Below, in pieces: positions 1 through 22,422 of a DNA stretch of 64,000 nucleotides (positions are counted from its first letter, which is position 1; each line of letters begins with the position of its first letter). This stretch comes from the human T2T-CHM13v2.0 reference genome, Homo sapiens. The notes under the pieces are model-generated. The model was not told where the DNA came from. It worked only from the letters and a program-made list of their open reading frames with translations, and did not search any database. The position numbers were made by a program, and so were the translations under genes. Location of the stretch: assembly GCF_009914755.1 (NCBI RefSeq), contig NC_060943.1. One strand, written 5' to 3'.

Positions 1-617
1 TCTCCTGCCTCAGCCTCCCAAGTAGCTGGGATTACAGGGGCACGCCACCATGCCCGGCTAATTTTTGTATTTTTGGTAGAGACGGGGTTTCACCATGTTG
101 GCGAGGCTGGTCTGGAACTCCTGACCTCGAGTGATCCTCCTGCCTCGGACTCCCAAAGTGCTGGGATTACCGGCGTGAGAAACTGCGCCTGGCCTAATGA
201 GGTTTAAGACAATCAGAGGACTAGGACCCCTAGGACTCAGCTTTCGCAGCTGTGAAATGGGCTGACTCCCCAGCATCCTCATTGAGGTGGTTTGCTGAGC
301 GCAATCCAGGCCTAAAGTGTCAACTCAATTAATGTGCATTAATTTGTATATTTCTTGATGATGTGCCGGTAAGCGATCAACAAACGCCTGTTAAACCAAA
401 CAGGAAGGGCAATTGGCACAGCGGTGTGGTGGTTACTGTGGGAAGGGAAGTCTTGTGGGGGAAAGAACCTTACCAAAGGGACACTTTGATGTCACCGATG
501 CCCAGACCAAGAATGAGCACATTCCTAGTCCCGGGAACCTTGGAGGAGCCCCATCTCTCCCACAGAGAGATTGATGCCTAGTTTTGCCCTTTATAGAAAT
601 AAAATCACACACCATAG

Positions 618-1179
<562 letters not shown>

Positions 1180-1771
1180 TGACCAGGCTGATCTCGAACT
1201 CCTGACCTCCAGTGATCCGCTGGCCTCAGCCTCCCAAAGTGTTGGGATTAAAGGCATGAGCCACTGTGCCCAGCCCCAGTCGAGTTTAAAATAAGGCTTC
1301 AGTGGCAGTGGCGCCCCACTGCAATCCCAGCTACTCAGGGGGCTGAGGCAGCAGGATAGCTTGAGGCCAGGGGTTAGAGACCTGCCTGAACAACATAGCA
1401 AGACTCCCATCTCCAAAACAACAAAAAAATCTTAACAAAATATTATTATTTTGTAATACTGTAACAAAAAAAAATGAAAAGTCAGAGGTGATGTTTGGTC
1501 CCAGAAAACGCCATAGTTTTTTTGGTTTTTTAAAAATGTTTGTAGAAATGGAGGTCTGGCTATGTTGCCCAGGCTGGCCTTGAACTCCTGGCCTCAAGCT
1601 ATCCTCCCGCCTCGGCATCCCCTGTTTATAATCCTCAACGTTCTGCATCCTGGTATGGTCGGGTACCCTGTGTCTGGACCGGGAAGGCCTGGAGGGTAGG
1701 GGCTGGGAACTCCGCCCCCCAATCCCTCCTTCCCAATCCCTCCTCCCCACCCCCAACCCCGCAGCCCCCGT

Positions 1772-1783
1772 CGCGCATGCGCA
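1772..1783. promoter_or_regulatory. NRF1 palindromic site in JAK3 intron 1
   Basis: CGCGCATGCGCA matches the NRF1 consensus YGCGCAYGCGCR exactly. Confidence 0.5.
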
Positions 1784-2023
1784 ATGACTCCTCCAGGTCC
1801 GCAAGGCAGGCATCTCCCGGCCTTAGTCAAAGCCGAAGCCCAGAGAAGCGAGCGATCGGAGGATGCGAGTCTCGGCTCACGTCTGCCTCGCAGCTTTCCT
1901 CCGAGGCCTGGAAGGCGAGCTAGCCTTTGCCCTGGCAGCACCCTGCCCCAGCCCAGCCATCCCCCGCCACCACCATCCTCCCCCAGTGTCTGGGCCGAGC
2001 CCTGCGGCATCGCCAGCTCTTAC

Positions 2024-2110
2024 CTAGCGGGCAGGGACCCTGGACTTTCGAAGGGCGGGCAGAGCCGGGAGGCAGCGAGAGGAAAGTCCCACTCGGCTCC
2101 TTCCTGTGTG
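2024..2110 (-). other. JAK3: JAK3 non-coding exon 1 (5' UTR); the gene continues leftwards out of the window
   Basis: Minus strand reads CACACAGGAAGGAGCCGAGTGGGACTTTCC...CCCTGCCCGCTAG|GTAAGAG. This is the JAK3 mRNA 5' end as I recall it, followed by a strong donor at 2023. Sits in a CpG-rich patch and fits the known JAK3-RPL18A-SLC5A5 order. TSS approximate. Confidence 0.85.
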
Positions 2111-2260
2111 GGCCCCTTGGTTTCCTGAGCCACTGTCATTTACCGAAAGTCAGGGCCCTGCGGGAGCTGGGGGCGGGGAGGCGGGCAAGGAGGGGCAGAA
2201 AGTTCCGGAAGCCTCTGCATCAGCCGCCCCGTTCAGACAGGCTGCTGGAGACCCCTAAGC
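2111..2260 (-). promoter_or_regulatory. JAK3: JAK3 proximal promoter (TATA-less, GC boxes, ETS palindrome)
   Basis: GGGGCGGGG/GGCGGG boxes at ~2169-2186 and TTCCGGAA (back-to-back ETS cores) at 2203-2210, immediately upstream of exon 1. Confidence 0.65.
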
Positions 2261-4794
2261 CAAAGGAACTGATGATAGCACAGAGAAGGGTCTGGGTCAC
2301 ACCAGGGGCTCAGCCGACTCTAGACCCACTTGTTAAGTGGGGCTCTGGCCCGGCCCTTATTGCCTCAGTTTACCCATCTGTAGCATGTGTGAGTTGGGCA
2401 CCCAGTGGAACTAATTTTGCACCCAGGGAAGGAAACCTGGCTGGATTTGCCCAGGAGGGAAGCAGGGAAGTTGCCCCAGAGGAAGGTCAAGTTCTTCTTT
2501 GAGGTATTTCTCCCTTAAGACTCAGGGAGACGCTGGGCGCAGTGGCTCACGCCTGTCATCCCAGCACTTTGGGAGACTGAGGCGGGCGATTACTTGAGGT
2601 CAGGAGTTTGAGACCAGCCTAGCCAACATGGCGAAACTCCGTCTCTACTAAAAATACAAAAATTAGCCAGGCGTGGTGGCCTGTAATCGCAGCACTTTGG
2701 GAGGCTGAGGCGGGCGGATCACTTGAAGTCAGGAGTTTGAGACCAGCCTGGCCAACATGATGAAACCCTGTCTCTACTAAAAATAGGAAAATTAGCCAGG
2801 CCTGGTGATGCCTGTAATCCTAGCTACTCAGGAGGCTGAGGTGGGAGGATTGCTTGAATCTAGGAGGCGGATGTTACAGTGAGACGAGATGGCGCCACTG
2901 CACTCCAGCCTGGCAACAGAGCGGGACTTCGTTTAAAAAAAAAAGAAAAGACTCAGGGAGAGATAATGACCCATTTCTGCCTGTGGTGCCCTGGGCCCAG
3001 CCCTAAAAAACCAGGTGGATCCGGCCTGGCCTCTTGGAACTTGTGATCTGGCGCTGAGACAATGAGCAAATGAAGGAGCCAAATCATCGCAGACAACAAA
3101 GAAAGCCAGGGTGTCAGGACAGGCACAGACTGGAACTTGGACCCGAGGCAGGACAGGGAGCTGGCCAGGGAAAGGGTGCTCCAGGAGGAGGGCACAGGAT
3201 GGGCAAAGACCTTGAGAGGGCAGTGATCTTAGCAGCTTGAAGAGCAGTCAGGAGGCCAGGGGCAGGGGTGAGATGAGGGGGAAGGGGACTGCAGGGCGGT
3301 CAACAGGGGCAAGATCGTGGGGGGACAGGGGGATCAGGGTCTTTGGGAGAAGGGTGGGTTTTGCCTGGAGCATAATCTGGAGCCACAGGAGAGTTGGAAG
3401 TAGGAGCTGTTATAAATAGAAGAGGCAGAAGGCCCGGGCAGCATCCAAATGCAGAGACTTGGGCCAGTGTTCTTAGGATAATAGGATCAGAGCCCCGGAA
3501 GTAGAGCTTCAGGAATAGACTGACGAAGTGGTGACCGGGTACAGTGGCTCACATCTGTAATTCCAGCACTTTGGAAGGCCCAGGTGGGAAGATTGCTTGA
3601 GCCTAGGAGTTCGAGACCAGCCTGGCCAACATGGTGAAACCCCATCTCTACTAAAAATATAAAAATTAGCTGGGCGTGGTGGCATGTGCCTGTAATCCCA
3701 GCTACTTGGGAGGCTGAGGCAGGAGAATCACTGGAACCCAGGAGGCAGGCGGAGGTTGTAGTGAGCTGAGATTGTGCCACCGCACTCCAGCCTGGGCGAC
3801 GGAGCAATACTCTGTCTCAAAAAAAAAAAAGGAATAGATTTAAGAAGTTGTGGCCAAGAACAGTGGCTCACACCTGTAATCTCAGCACTTTGGGAGGCTC
3901 AGGCAGGAGGATGGCTTGAGCCCAGGTGTTCGAGACCAGCCTGGGCAACATGGTGAAACCCTGTCTCTACAAAAAATACAACAACAACAAAATAATAAGC
4001 TGGATGTGGTGGCATGTGCCTGTAGTCCCAGCTACTAGGGGAGGCTGAGGTGGGAGGATCACCTGAGCCCAGGAAGTTGAGGCTGCAGTTAGCTGTGGTC
4101 ATGCCACTGCACTCCAGCCTGGGCAATGGGAGTGAGATCCCGTCTCAAAAAAAAAAAAAAAAAGACTTTTCATCTCTGTATCACCATCACAAGTCTTAAC
4201 ACAAAATGGTTTGGTAAGTATTTTGTTGATCTTAACTGTTCAATCAGCCAGAGGCTTATTGGACACAGCCTGTGTGCAGGGAATCGGGGACAATGCAGAC
4301 CCAATCCCTGTCCAGGGGAGCTGACAGTCCAGCAGGGGAGATGGCAATAAACAAGCTATTGCCCAATAATTATATCAGTTGCCCCTGGGACCGGTCTGCT
4401 AAGAGAGATGACTGGATCTGGGAGGGCTTCCTGGAGGAGGTGGCTTTGATTCTGAAATCCAACAACAAGTGGGACTAGCCAGAGAGTGACCTGAGAATGT
4501 GGGAGTGTGGGCAGTTCTGGCAGGCAGAACAGCCCAGGCAAAGGCCTGGAGGCTTCACGAATTCACAGTGTTCCTGAGAAGAGCAGGATGTCAGGGACAC
4601 GGGGGGCTGAGACTCATTTGATGGCGTGGGTAGGGCCGCGTGGGTCAAGGGAAAGAGATATAGATTATGTCCTCAGCTTAGTGGAGCTTAGTGGAGCCAC
4701 AGCTGACCTGCGGCAGGAAGTGCCAAGCAGAAGCTTAGTTGTAGTGTTTTCTTTCACTTCCTGGGTGGCTTCAGCAGACGGGAATGCAACCTTA

Positions 4795-5264
<470 letters not shown>

Positions 5265-5573
5265 TCAAAAAATAAATAAATAAATAAATAATTTTTTTTA
5301 AAAAAAGGAAGTTCTGGGGACAGAACCCAGAACTTGCCCGAGAAAAATGGGGCACGTCAGTGATGCAAACACCCAGATTTTTCTGCTGACAAGAAGTCCA
5401 TAAATACAATCAAAGAATAAAATACAATCAAAGTGTAACTGGAAACAAAATTGAACTCATGGATAAAATATCCTCGTTATATAAGTAACATCTAGAAAGC
5501 AGTAAGAAAATGCCAACCAGTTAGGTGGATATGAATCCAGAAGTCAGAGAAAATGGAGGACAAATAGCTCTTA

Positions 5574-5798
<225 letters not shown>

Positions 5799-5934
5799 TC
5801 AGCTACTTGGAAGACTGAAGTGGGAGGATGGCTTGAGTCCAGGAGGCAGAGGTTGCAGGGAGCCAAGATAGTGCCACTGTACTCCAGCCTGGGCGACAGA
5901 GCGAGACTCCATCTCAAAAACAAAAACAAAAATG

Positions 5935-7072
<1,138 letters not shown>

Positions 7073-7229
7073 TGTGATGGTCTGAGAGTTTGCGTCTCCC
7101 CAAAATTAATACATTGAAATCCTAACCTCGAAGGCGGTGGTATTCAGAAGCGGAACCTTTTAAGAGGTGATTAGATCATGAGGGTTGAGCTCTCATGAAT
7201 GGGATTAATGCCCTTATAAAAGAGACCCC
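7073..7229 (+). mobile_element. MaLR LTR fragment (MLT1A/MST-like)
   Basis: TGTGATGG...CCCCAAAATT...GAAATCCTAACC...GGTGATTAGATCATGAGGG...ATGGGATTAATGCCCTTATAAAAGAGACCCC resembles the MLT1A 5' half. Truncated by an Alu. Confidence 0.65.
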
Positions 7230-7250
7230 TAGGCTGGGCATGGTAGCTCA

Positions 7251-7670
<420 letters not shown>

Positions 7671-7708
7671 TTAGCACTTCGGGAGGCCAAGGTGGGTGGA
7701 TCACCTCA

Positions 7709-7894
<186 letters not shown>

Positions 7895-8941
7895 TCAAGG
7901 TTGCGTGACAGGAAAGAGGCTACATCTCAAAAAAAAAAAAAAAAAAAAAAGAAGGCCAGGGACCTGGAGTCCGGAGTGCATACAAGTGGGTGGCTTTGCA
8001 GTGTTTTGAGGACCAACGGTCAGAAACCAAGATTTGGGTGTCTTGGGCCCAGCCTTGGGAAGGCACTGGTGCCAGTAACTGAGATGAGGGAAAGAGTGGG
8101 AAGGATGAGGCACATCAGCATTGTGAACGCTCCGTGATCCAAGCTGTGGCTTGGCCCAGGATCCTGGATGAACAAACTGGTGCCTTCAAAGTCCCTGGGA
8201 AAAAGACAGGGGGGACAGGGGTGCCCTTGGACAGCCCTGCTAACCAGGAACTCCTCGCCTGGGCCCCACTGGATGGTGATAACAGAGACACAGAGTGGCC
8301 CAGGACCAGCCTGCTCAGGTCAGATTCCTGCATGGCCCGAGGTGGGGGCAGAGGAATCCTGCCAGGCCAGGTGTGTCACTAGGAAGCCGGGGCCACGGCA
8401 TCACTCAGGCACCGACAACATGTAAAAGAAAGAAAAATAATAAAGCTTTTTTTTTTCTTTTAAATTAAGACAGTTTCACTCTGTTGCCCAGGCTGGAGTG
8501 CAGCGGCATGATCTTGGTTCACTGCAACCTCCGCCTCTAGGGTTCAAGTGATTCTCGTGCCTCAGCCTCCCGAGTAGCTGGGATTACAGGTGTGTGTCAC
8601 TGCACCCAGCTAATTTTTGTATTTTTGGTAGAGACGGGGTTTCACCATGTTGGCCAGGCTGGTCTCGACTCCTGACCTCAAGTGACCTGCCCGCTTCAGC
8701 CTCCCAAAGTGCTGGGGTTACAGATATGAGCCACTGTGCCCAACCAAAAAGAAAAATAATAAAGCTCGGGGCCGGGCGCGGTGGCTCACGCCTGTAATCC
8801 CAGCATTTTGGGAGGCTGAGGTGGGTGGATTATCTGAGGTCAGGAGTTCAAGACCAGCCTGTCCAACATGGTGAAACCCCGTCTCTACTAAAATTACAAA
8901 AATTAGCCGGGCGTGGAGGCAGATGCCTGTAATCCCAGCTA

Positions 8942-9268
<327 letters not shown>

Positions 9269-9832
9269 CTAAAGAAAAATAATAAAGCTTTGAAACAAAC
9301 AGCACATCACGACCCGTGCCCTTCCCCACCCTGGCATGCCCCTCCCTCCACTCCAACCCAGGCCTTGAAGGCAGAAGCACGAGGCCCCAAGGCCAGGGCT
9401 GGGTCTCAGGGATCTCCCTCTCGTCTTCTTCCTCCTCCCCTGTCCTCCTTAAATTCCTTTTCCTGCCCCGTTCCTGCTGTCCCAGGATCCAATTTGTGCT
9501 CCAGGCTGCGCTCTGCCCTTTCCAGCATCTCTTTCCACCTGCTTGTAGCCGCTCAGCACTTTGGGGAAACTGAGGCCAGAGCGGTGAGTTCCAGCACAGA
9601 GGGAAGGGCAGGGCCTCAACCTTCCCAGTCCAAACAATCATACGCCATTTAAATCTCACAACAACCCTAAAAGCTGGCGACTATTATTGGCCTCATTTTG
9701 TGGAAGGGGAAACTGAGGCCCAGAGCGGCAACGCGGCCAGCGAACCATCGGTAAGATTTGAACCTGGTTGTGTATCATTCAACGGTCTAGCGCTTGGCCT
9801 CAGCTGGGCCACCGCAGATGGGACATGGTTCT

Positions 9833-9851
9833 GCTGCCACCTGGTGGACAC
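9833..9851 (-). promoter_or_regulatory. CTCF motif
   Basis: Minus strand GTGTCCACCAGGTGGCAGC matches the CTCF core CCASYAGRKGGCRS, in a non-Alu, CpG-containing island. Confidence 0.6.
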
Positions 9852-10067
9852 TCGCGGCAGCGCTGTTGGGATAGAGCCGCCTCTCACCTGACGTCCTGCC
9901 CCGAAAAGCCCAGCCAGAGGAGGGCTGACCTGCTCCCCTGGCCTCCCTGCCCCGCATCACGCCCATCAGTTTTCCGAATTTTCACAGTCTAAGTGTCCAC
10001 CAGGAAGGGACTGGGTAACTAACCACCTGTGCTACAGTTGGGCTAAAGATTTTAGTGCAAAAGTTAA

Positions 10068-10398
<331 letters not shown>

Positions 10399-11011
10399 TA
10401 AATTCTTTAGGCTGAAAACAAGGGACCCCAGACATGTATTCCAATCCACGTGAAAATCTGAAGAACACATATAAAGGTAATGTATGTAATTTTAAAAGAT
10501 TGCATAAGGCCGGGTGCTTTGGCTCACGCCTGTAATCCCAACACTTCAGGAGGCTGAGGTGGGCAGATCAATTGAGCCTAGGAGTTCAAGACCAGCCTGG
10601 GCAACACAGAGAGACCTTGTCTCTACAAAAAATACAAAACTTGGCCGGGCACGGTGGCTCACACCTGTAATCCCAGCACTTTGGGAGGCCGAGGCGGGTG
10701 GATCACGAGGTCAGGAGTTTAAGGAAAAAAATATAAAACTTAGCTGGGTTTCATGGCATCCGTCCTAACTACTCGGGAGGTCTGAGGTGGGAGAATCTCT
10801 TGAACCTGGGAGTTCGAGGCTGCAGTGAACAGAGATCTCGCCACTGCACTCCAGCCTGGGCAACAGAGTGAGATCCTGTATCAAAAAAATAAGGCTGGGC
10901 ACAATGGCTCACGCCCATGATCCCAGCACTTTGGGAGGCCGAGGCAGGCAGATCACGAGGTCAGGAGATAGAGACCATCGTGGCTAACATGGTGAAACCC
11001 CATCTCTACTA

Positions 11012-11557
<546 letters not shown>

Positions 11558-11773
11558 TTAACATATTTAAAAAGCAATTGTACAAAACTATATATTGGCC
11601 GGGCCCGGTGGCTCATGCCTGCAATCCCAGCACTTTGGGAGGCTGAGGTGGGCATATCACCTGAGGTCGGGAGTTCGAGACCAGTCTGGCCAACATGGTG
11701 AAACCCCCTCTCTACTAAAAATACAAAACATTAGCCGGGTGTGGTGGTGCACGCCTGTAATCTCAGCTACTCA

Positions 11774-11923
<150 letters not shown>

Positions 11924-11970
11924 TCATGCCTGTAATCCCAGCACTTTGGGAGGCCGAGGCGGGTGGGTCA

Positions 11971-12223
<253 letters not shown>

Positions 12224-12393
12224 TTAATTGTATTGTTGGGTCTACAATATAGAGAAAGGTAACATATTTGACATTAACGGCACAAAGGAGGTGAAGGGAG
12301 CCAAGTTGTACTGGAATAAGAAAATCATTGGGCCGGGCGCGGTGGCTTACGCCTGTAATCCCAACACTTTGGGAGGTGGAGGCAGGCGGATTA

Positions 12394-13080
<687 letters not shown>

Positions 13081-14042
13081 TGAGACAGAGTCTCACTCTG
13101 TCGCCCAGGCTGGAGTACAGTGGCGCAATCTCGGGTCACTGCAACCTCTGGCTCCTGGGTTCAAACGATTCTCATGCCTCAGCCTCCTGCCTCTTTCCTC
13201 TTAATTTTACTTCATAGCCTTGTCATCAGGGAGTTGTTTGCGGGTGTTTCTTTTTTCATATCTGGTCCCCGTCCTCATCCCCAGGAGGGCTTCTTTCTGC
13301 CCAAGCAAACTGCTAAGTCCAAGCCCCTCAAAGTGGGCGGCTGGATCTTGATCCATTCTCCGGCTCTCCGCGCGCTCTCCCCCAACCCCTGCTCCCTCAG
13401 GTTCTTATGAACTGGAGGCAGACAGACAGAGTTTGAATCCCAGCTACTACGAAACACAAATCGGACCCCAAATTAACAAAAACAGCATTCCAGAGCTTAT
13501 TCAATATTCGTGCTGCAACATCGCTAGGAGAAAAATATATTATTTGTATTCCCATTTTACAGATACCCTCAGGTATCTGGTGGAGACCTCCGTAACACAC
13601 CTCCCCGGAGGATGAGGCCCCGAGTGTGAAGCATCGGGATCTCACGGTAAACACCGCAGCCACCCGAGGTAGCTTAGGTTCAATGCTTAGGCATCCTGCA
13701 GGCGGCGCGCGCCGCCGCCCCTAGTTGCAGCCGGGACTGGCGGAGTGCCTACAACTCCCGACGTGCCGCGCGCGCAGACGCTCCGTTGCGGTCGTGGTGG
13801 AACAGGTGGAGCTTGCCTCGTTGCCTTCTGGGAAACGAAGTCTCGCTGAAGAGAGGCGGAACTTTGAGTAGCAGGTGGATCCATAGCCAATGAAGACGCG
13901 GGTGGCTTTGAGTGCGGGGCAGAGAAGCCAATGGACGTGCGGCATTGAGAGGGCGGGTCTTCCGGTAGTGAAGGCCTGGTGAACGGCTGCGCGACAGAGG
14001 ACACTTCCTTTTGCGGGTGGCGGCGAACGCGGAGAGCACGCC

Positions 14043-17349
<3,307 letters not shown>

Positions 17350-17378
17350 GTGCAGGGCCCTCGTCCGGGTGTGCCCCA

Positions 17379-17384
17379 AATAAA
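17379..17384 (+). terminator. RPL18A: RPL18A polyadenylation signal
   Basis: AATAAA 30 nt after the stop codon, followed by U-rich TGTTTTCTTT downstream. Confidence 0.85.
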
Positions 17385-18871
17385 CTCAGGAACGCCCCGG
17401 TGCTCGCCGCATGTTTTCTTTGCACACTGCAGAGCTCAAAGGGGTGCTATGAGAGGCCGGCCCAGTCAGCTCCTGGGGTGCAGCTGAGCTGCCATTTCTC
17501 TGTCCTGGGAGGGGTCTTCAGTGCAAACAAACAAACCCTCACATCCTCCTGTCCTGGAGTGGGCCCTCCAGGCGCCCCCACCCCTGAGCTCCCTCTTGCT
17601 TGGTCAGTTCTCAGCCCTGCTGGCAGCCCTGGGCTATGAGCTGCAGGGGTACTGTCTGTCCTGGGCCCTAAATCTGTCCCAACTGCCTTGTGAGACACAG
17701 GCCTCCCAGGCTCCCCTGCTGAGTCTGGACCAGGGAGAATCTCCCTAGATAGTGGGGTTGGCGTTCACTCCCTGGGGATTCTCCTAAGTCTCTGGTTCCC
17801 AAAGTTTTCAGAGTAGACACAAGTGGGCACCCGAGGGGCGCTCTCTGCTGCTTGGGGGCTGTTTCCCTTTCACTGGTTGGGGGCCTCTTAGATGACGCCC
17901 TCATCTTGCCCAAGGAGGTCAAGGACTCACCACAGGTACTCATCTCTGGGAAACTGCCTCAGGCCTGGAAAATTCCAGGCATGACACTAATCCCACCCTG
18001 GCTGAGTCCTTCTGTCAGGTGGAGGCTAAGCTGGCATTGGAGAAGTTTGAGACACAGCCAAGAGCTCAGGCTCTGGGAGCCTCCCATCCTTTGTTGCGTG
18101 ACCTTGGGCAGCCCTGTTCTGGGCCAGCGGCCCTTCTGGGGCTTGCTGTCTTGATCTCAACATCGGGTTCCACATTGATGTGGGAAGTGACGCTGTGCAG
18201 GTGCTGGGGTCAGCCTATGGGGCCCTCCTTTGTCCCAGAGAGCCCAGGACCAGGAGGAAGCCAGGACTAGGTAGTAGTTACGGCTTTTTGAAACAGGGTC
18301 TTGCTCTGTCGCCCTGGCTAGAGTGCAGTGGAGAGATCGTGGCTTACTGTAGCCTCGACCTCCTGGGCTCAAGTGGTCCTCCTGCCTCAGCCTCCCAAGT
18401 AGCTGGGACTACAGGGGCACCACCACACTCAGGGCAAGGACACAGCCTTTCCTCTACCTGTGGAGGAGCTGTGTGGTTTCCAGGAAACCAGGCCTTTTCC
18501 AGCCTCACCTGTGGGGTGTTGTAACACCCAGGAACTTGGAGAGGCGCCCAGAACCTGGGCAGGGTCAGCACACAAGCACCCATTCTGCGTAAGACCCAGG
18601 CCTGAGGACAGCCCTGTAGACCACAGAACCCCACGGGTCCCGTCCCCAACAACTGGCTCCTTCCCACCCTAGGGCCTTCGCACTTGCCTGGAATACTACA
18701 GATTCCCCCAGGCTGGCCTCACTCGAGTTTTACAAACTGCACGTGGGTTCCCGGGACTGGGCTATATTTGATTTCTATCCCCCACTAGTTCTGAGAGGGC
18801 AGGGGCTGTGTGTGTCACCCAGTGTATCCAGGAGGGGCTCAACTTTCCATGGTATCCTTTTTGTTTCGTGA

Positions 18872-19138
<267 letters not shown>

Positions 19139-20429
19139 TAGTCTGGAACTCGACCTCATGCCACCTGCTTTGGCCTCCCAAAGTGCTGGGATTACAGGTG
19201 TGAGCCACCCCGCCTAGCCCAGGATATCTTTTGATGTTCCTTAGAGTATATTGGATGGGGGGTGCTAGCTGGAAATCTTAAAATTTTGCCTGAATTTCAT
19301 TCATCTTGTGGTTTCTAGTACAAACTCTCCTTTCTCCATAAGGGAATCTTCATACTTAAGTGCCACCCAGAAAAGAAAATACATTTCCTAACCTCCATAG
19401 CTATGGCCAGGTGTGGCTCATGGCTGTCATCTCAGCACTTTGGGAGGCTGAGGTAGGAGGATCACTTGAGGCCAGGAGTTTGAGACCAGACTGGTAGACA
19501 TAGTGAGACCCTGTCTTTACCAAGTAACATTAGCTGGGTGTTGCGGTGCACACCTGTAGTCCCAGCTACACGGGGGCCTGAGGTGTGAGAATCACTTGAG
19601 CCTGGAGGTTGAGGCTGCAGTGAACCATGATCATGCCACTGTACTCCAGCCTGGAAACAAGACGAGACCAAACAAAACAAAAATACAGTACTGATGTGCC
19701 ATTTCTGAGAAAGAACGCCTCTGGCTGGTGTGGACATGATGGCCAGTGCTGCAGCAGTCATTTTGGACTATGAAGAAGCAACACACAGGAGCAGTGAGGG
19801 AGAAGGATCTCCGGTACTTGACCCTGTGCAGTGCTGCCCCCGTCCCTGAGGCTTGACCCTTCTACCCCCTTGATTAGAACACGGGGAGGAGACATGAGTC
19901 CTGCTTAGGCTGTAATGGAGCTGCTCTGTTAGATGTGACCTTACCTTACCTTGAGCTGGGCCTGAAGCAGGGCGTGGCACTGTGGACTCAGGCCGTAACT
20001 GCCTGGAAGTCCCTGCCCTCTCTGAGCCATTTCTTCCTGTATAAAGTGAGGGCGGTGATCCCTCCAGGCTGCAGGGCAGGCGAGGTGATACTAGGTGAGT
20101 TGGAGGATGAGAGATCAGGAGAGTGGAAGGCTCACGGCCCCACCAAAGCCCACTGCATACCCTCATCTCCACCTCAGTCCCCTCCCTGTGCCTTGGAGCC
20201 CCTCCAGGGCTTCAACCACGTGGCAGCAGCCTGGGAACCACTTGGGAGAGCTCTGCCCCAACCAGCTGAGACATGGAGGCCAATCCCATTATTGAGGGGC
20301 CATTGACAGGATGAATGTGCTCCCAGATCACTAGCCTGCACCTATTCACCTACCTTGGCACACTCAGCCTCTCATAAATGTGCCCAGAAGCCCCTCTACC
20401 ACCGAATTCCCCCACCCCCTGCCAAACCC

Positions 20430-20815
20430 CATCCTTCCATTCAGTCAGATTCCTCCACCATCCAACCAGCTACCTGTCCATCCATTCGTCCACTCAATCC
20501 ACCCACCCCATCCATTCATCCTTCCACTCATCCACCTACCCATCCATCCATCCACCCAACCATCCAGCCATCCATCCAGCTATCCACCCACCCACCCATC
20601 CATCAACTCACCCATCCATCCATCCACCCATCTATCCATCCATCCATCTACCCACCCACCCATCCACCCACCTGCCCATCAACCCACCCACCCATCTATC
20701 CATCCATCCATCCATTCACCCATTCAACCACCCACCAGTCGATACATACATCCATTTATCCATCCATCCATCTATCCACCCACCCATCCATCCATTTACA
20801 CATCCTCCCATCTGT
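20430..20815 (+). repeat. Degenerate (CCAT)n/(CCAC)n simple repeat
   Basis: Continuous CATC/CACC/TATC tetramers. Explains the three overlapping His/Pro-rich ORFs. Confidence 0.95.
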
Positions 20816-20978
20816 CATGTCAAATCCTCTACCCAAACTCCACGCGCCCACCCCCACCCCACACACACCATCCCTTTGTTGCAGCCTCAATTGTCCTTGA
20901 GTCCCTACTTTGTGCAGGGGCCTGCGTTAATTCCGGTGTGGGTGATTGAAGGAATAGACAGACCCTGGTTCTTTCTCA

Positions 20979-21356
<378 letters not shown>

Positions 21357-21706
21357 CTACCCGGGCTCACCCAGTTAACCCAAGGATAAGCAAGGGCAGG
21401 AATCCAGGAACTCCTCCCACCTCCTCAGGTGCTGAGGCGCTCCTGGGTCTCGTTCCTGGGCTTGTCAAGGTGCCAGGTGTCACCTCAGTAGGGCCGTGAT
21501 CCCTGGGGGAGCGACATTCAAAGCCTCCCCTCCCTGACCCGCCCTGCACTTCTGCTCCTGAGTCAGAACCAGTGGGGACAAAGGCAGTGCCAAAGCAGGA
21601 CAGACGAGTAGGGACCCCAAGAGACCCCAGCCCCAGTTCCTGCAACCAAGAGAGACTATATGAGAATCACAGAATCTGAGACTCACAGTTGAGTCTCAGG
21701 ACTTAG

Positions 21707-21944
<238 letters not shown>

Positions 21945-22239
21945 TGAACTCCTGACTTCAGATGATCCACCTGCCTGGGCCTCCAAAAGTGTTGGGATTA
22001 CAAGCGTGAGCACCGTGCCCAGTCGAATTGTGGAATCTTACAGACAGCAGCAGCAACAAGGAAGAATAGTTTGCATTTATTTATTTTTTTAGAGACAGGG
22101 TCTTCTTCTGTCACCCAGGCTAAAGTGCAGTGGCGCAATCACCGCTCACTGCAGCCTCAACCTCCCCAGCTCAACCAATCCTTCTGCTTCAGCCTCCTAA
22201 GTAGCTGGGACCACAGGTGCACACCACCAAACTCGGCTA

Positions 22240-22422
<183 letters not shown>

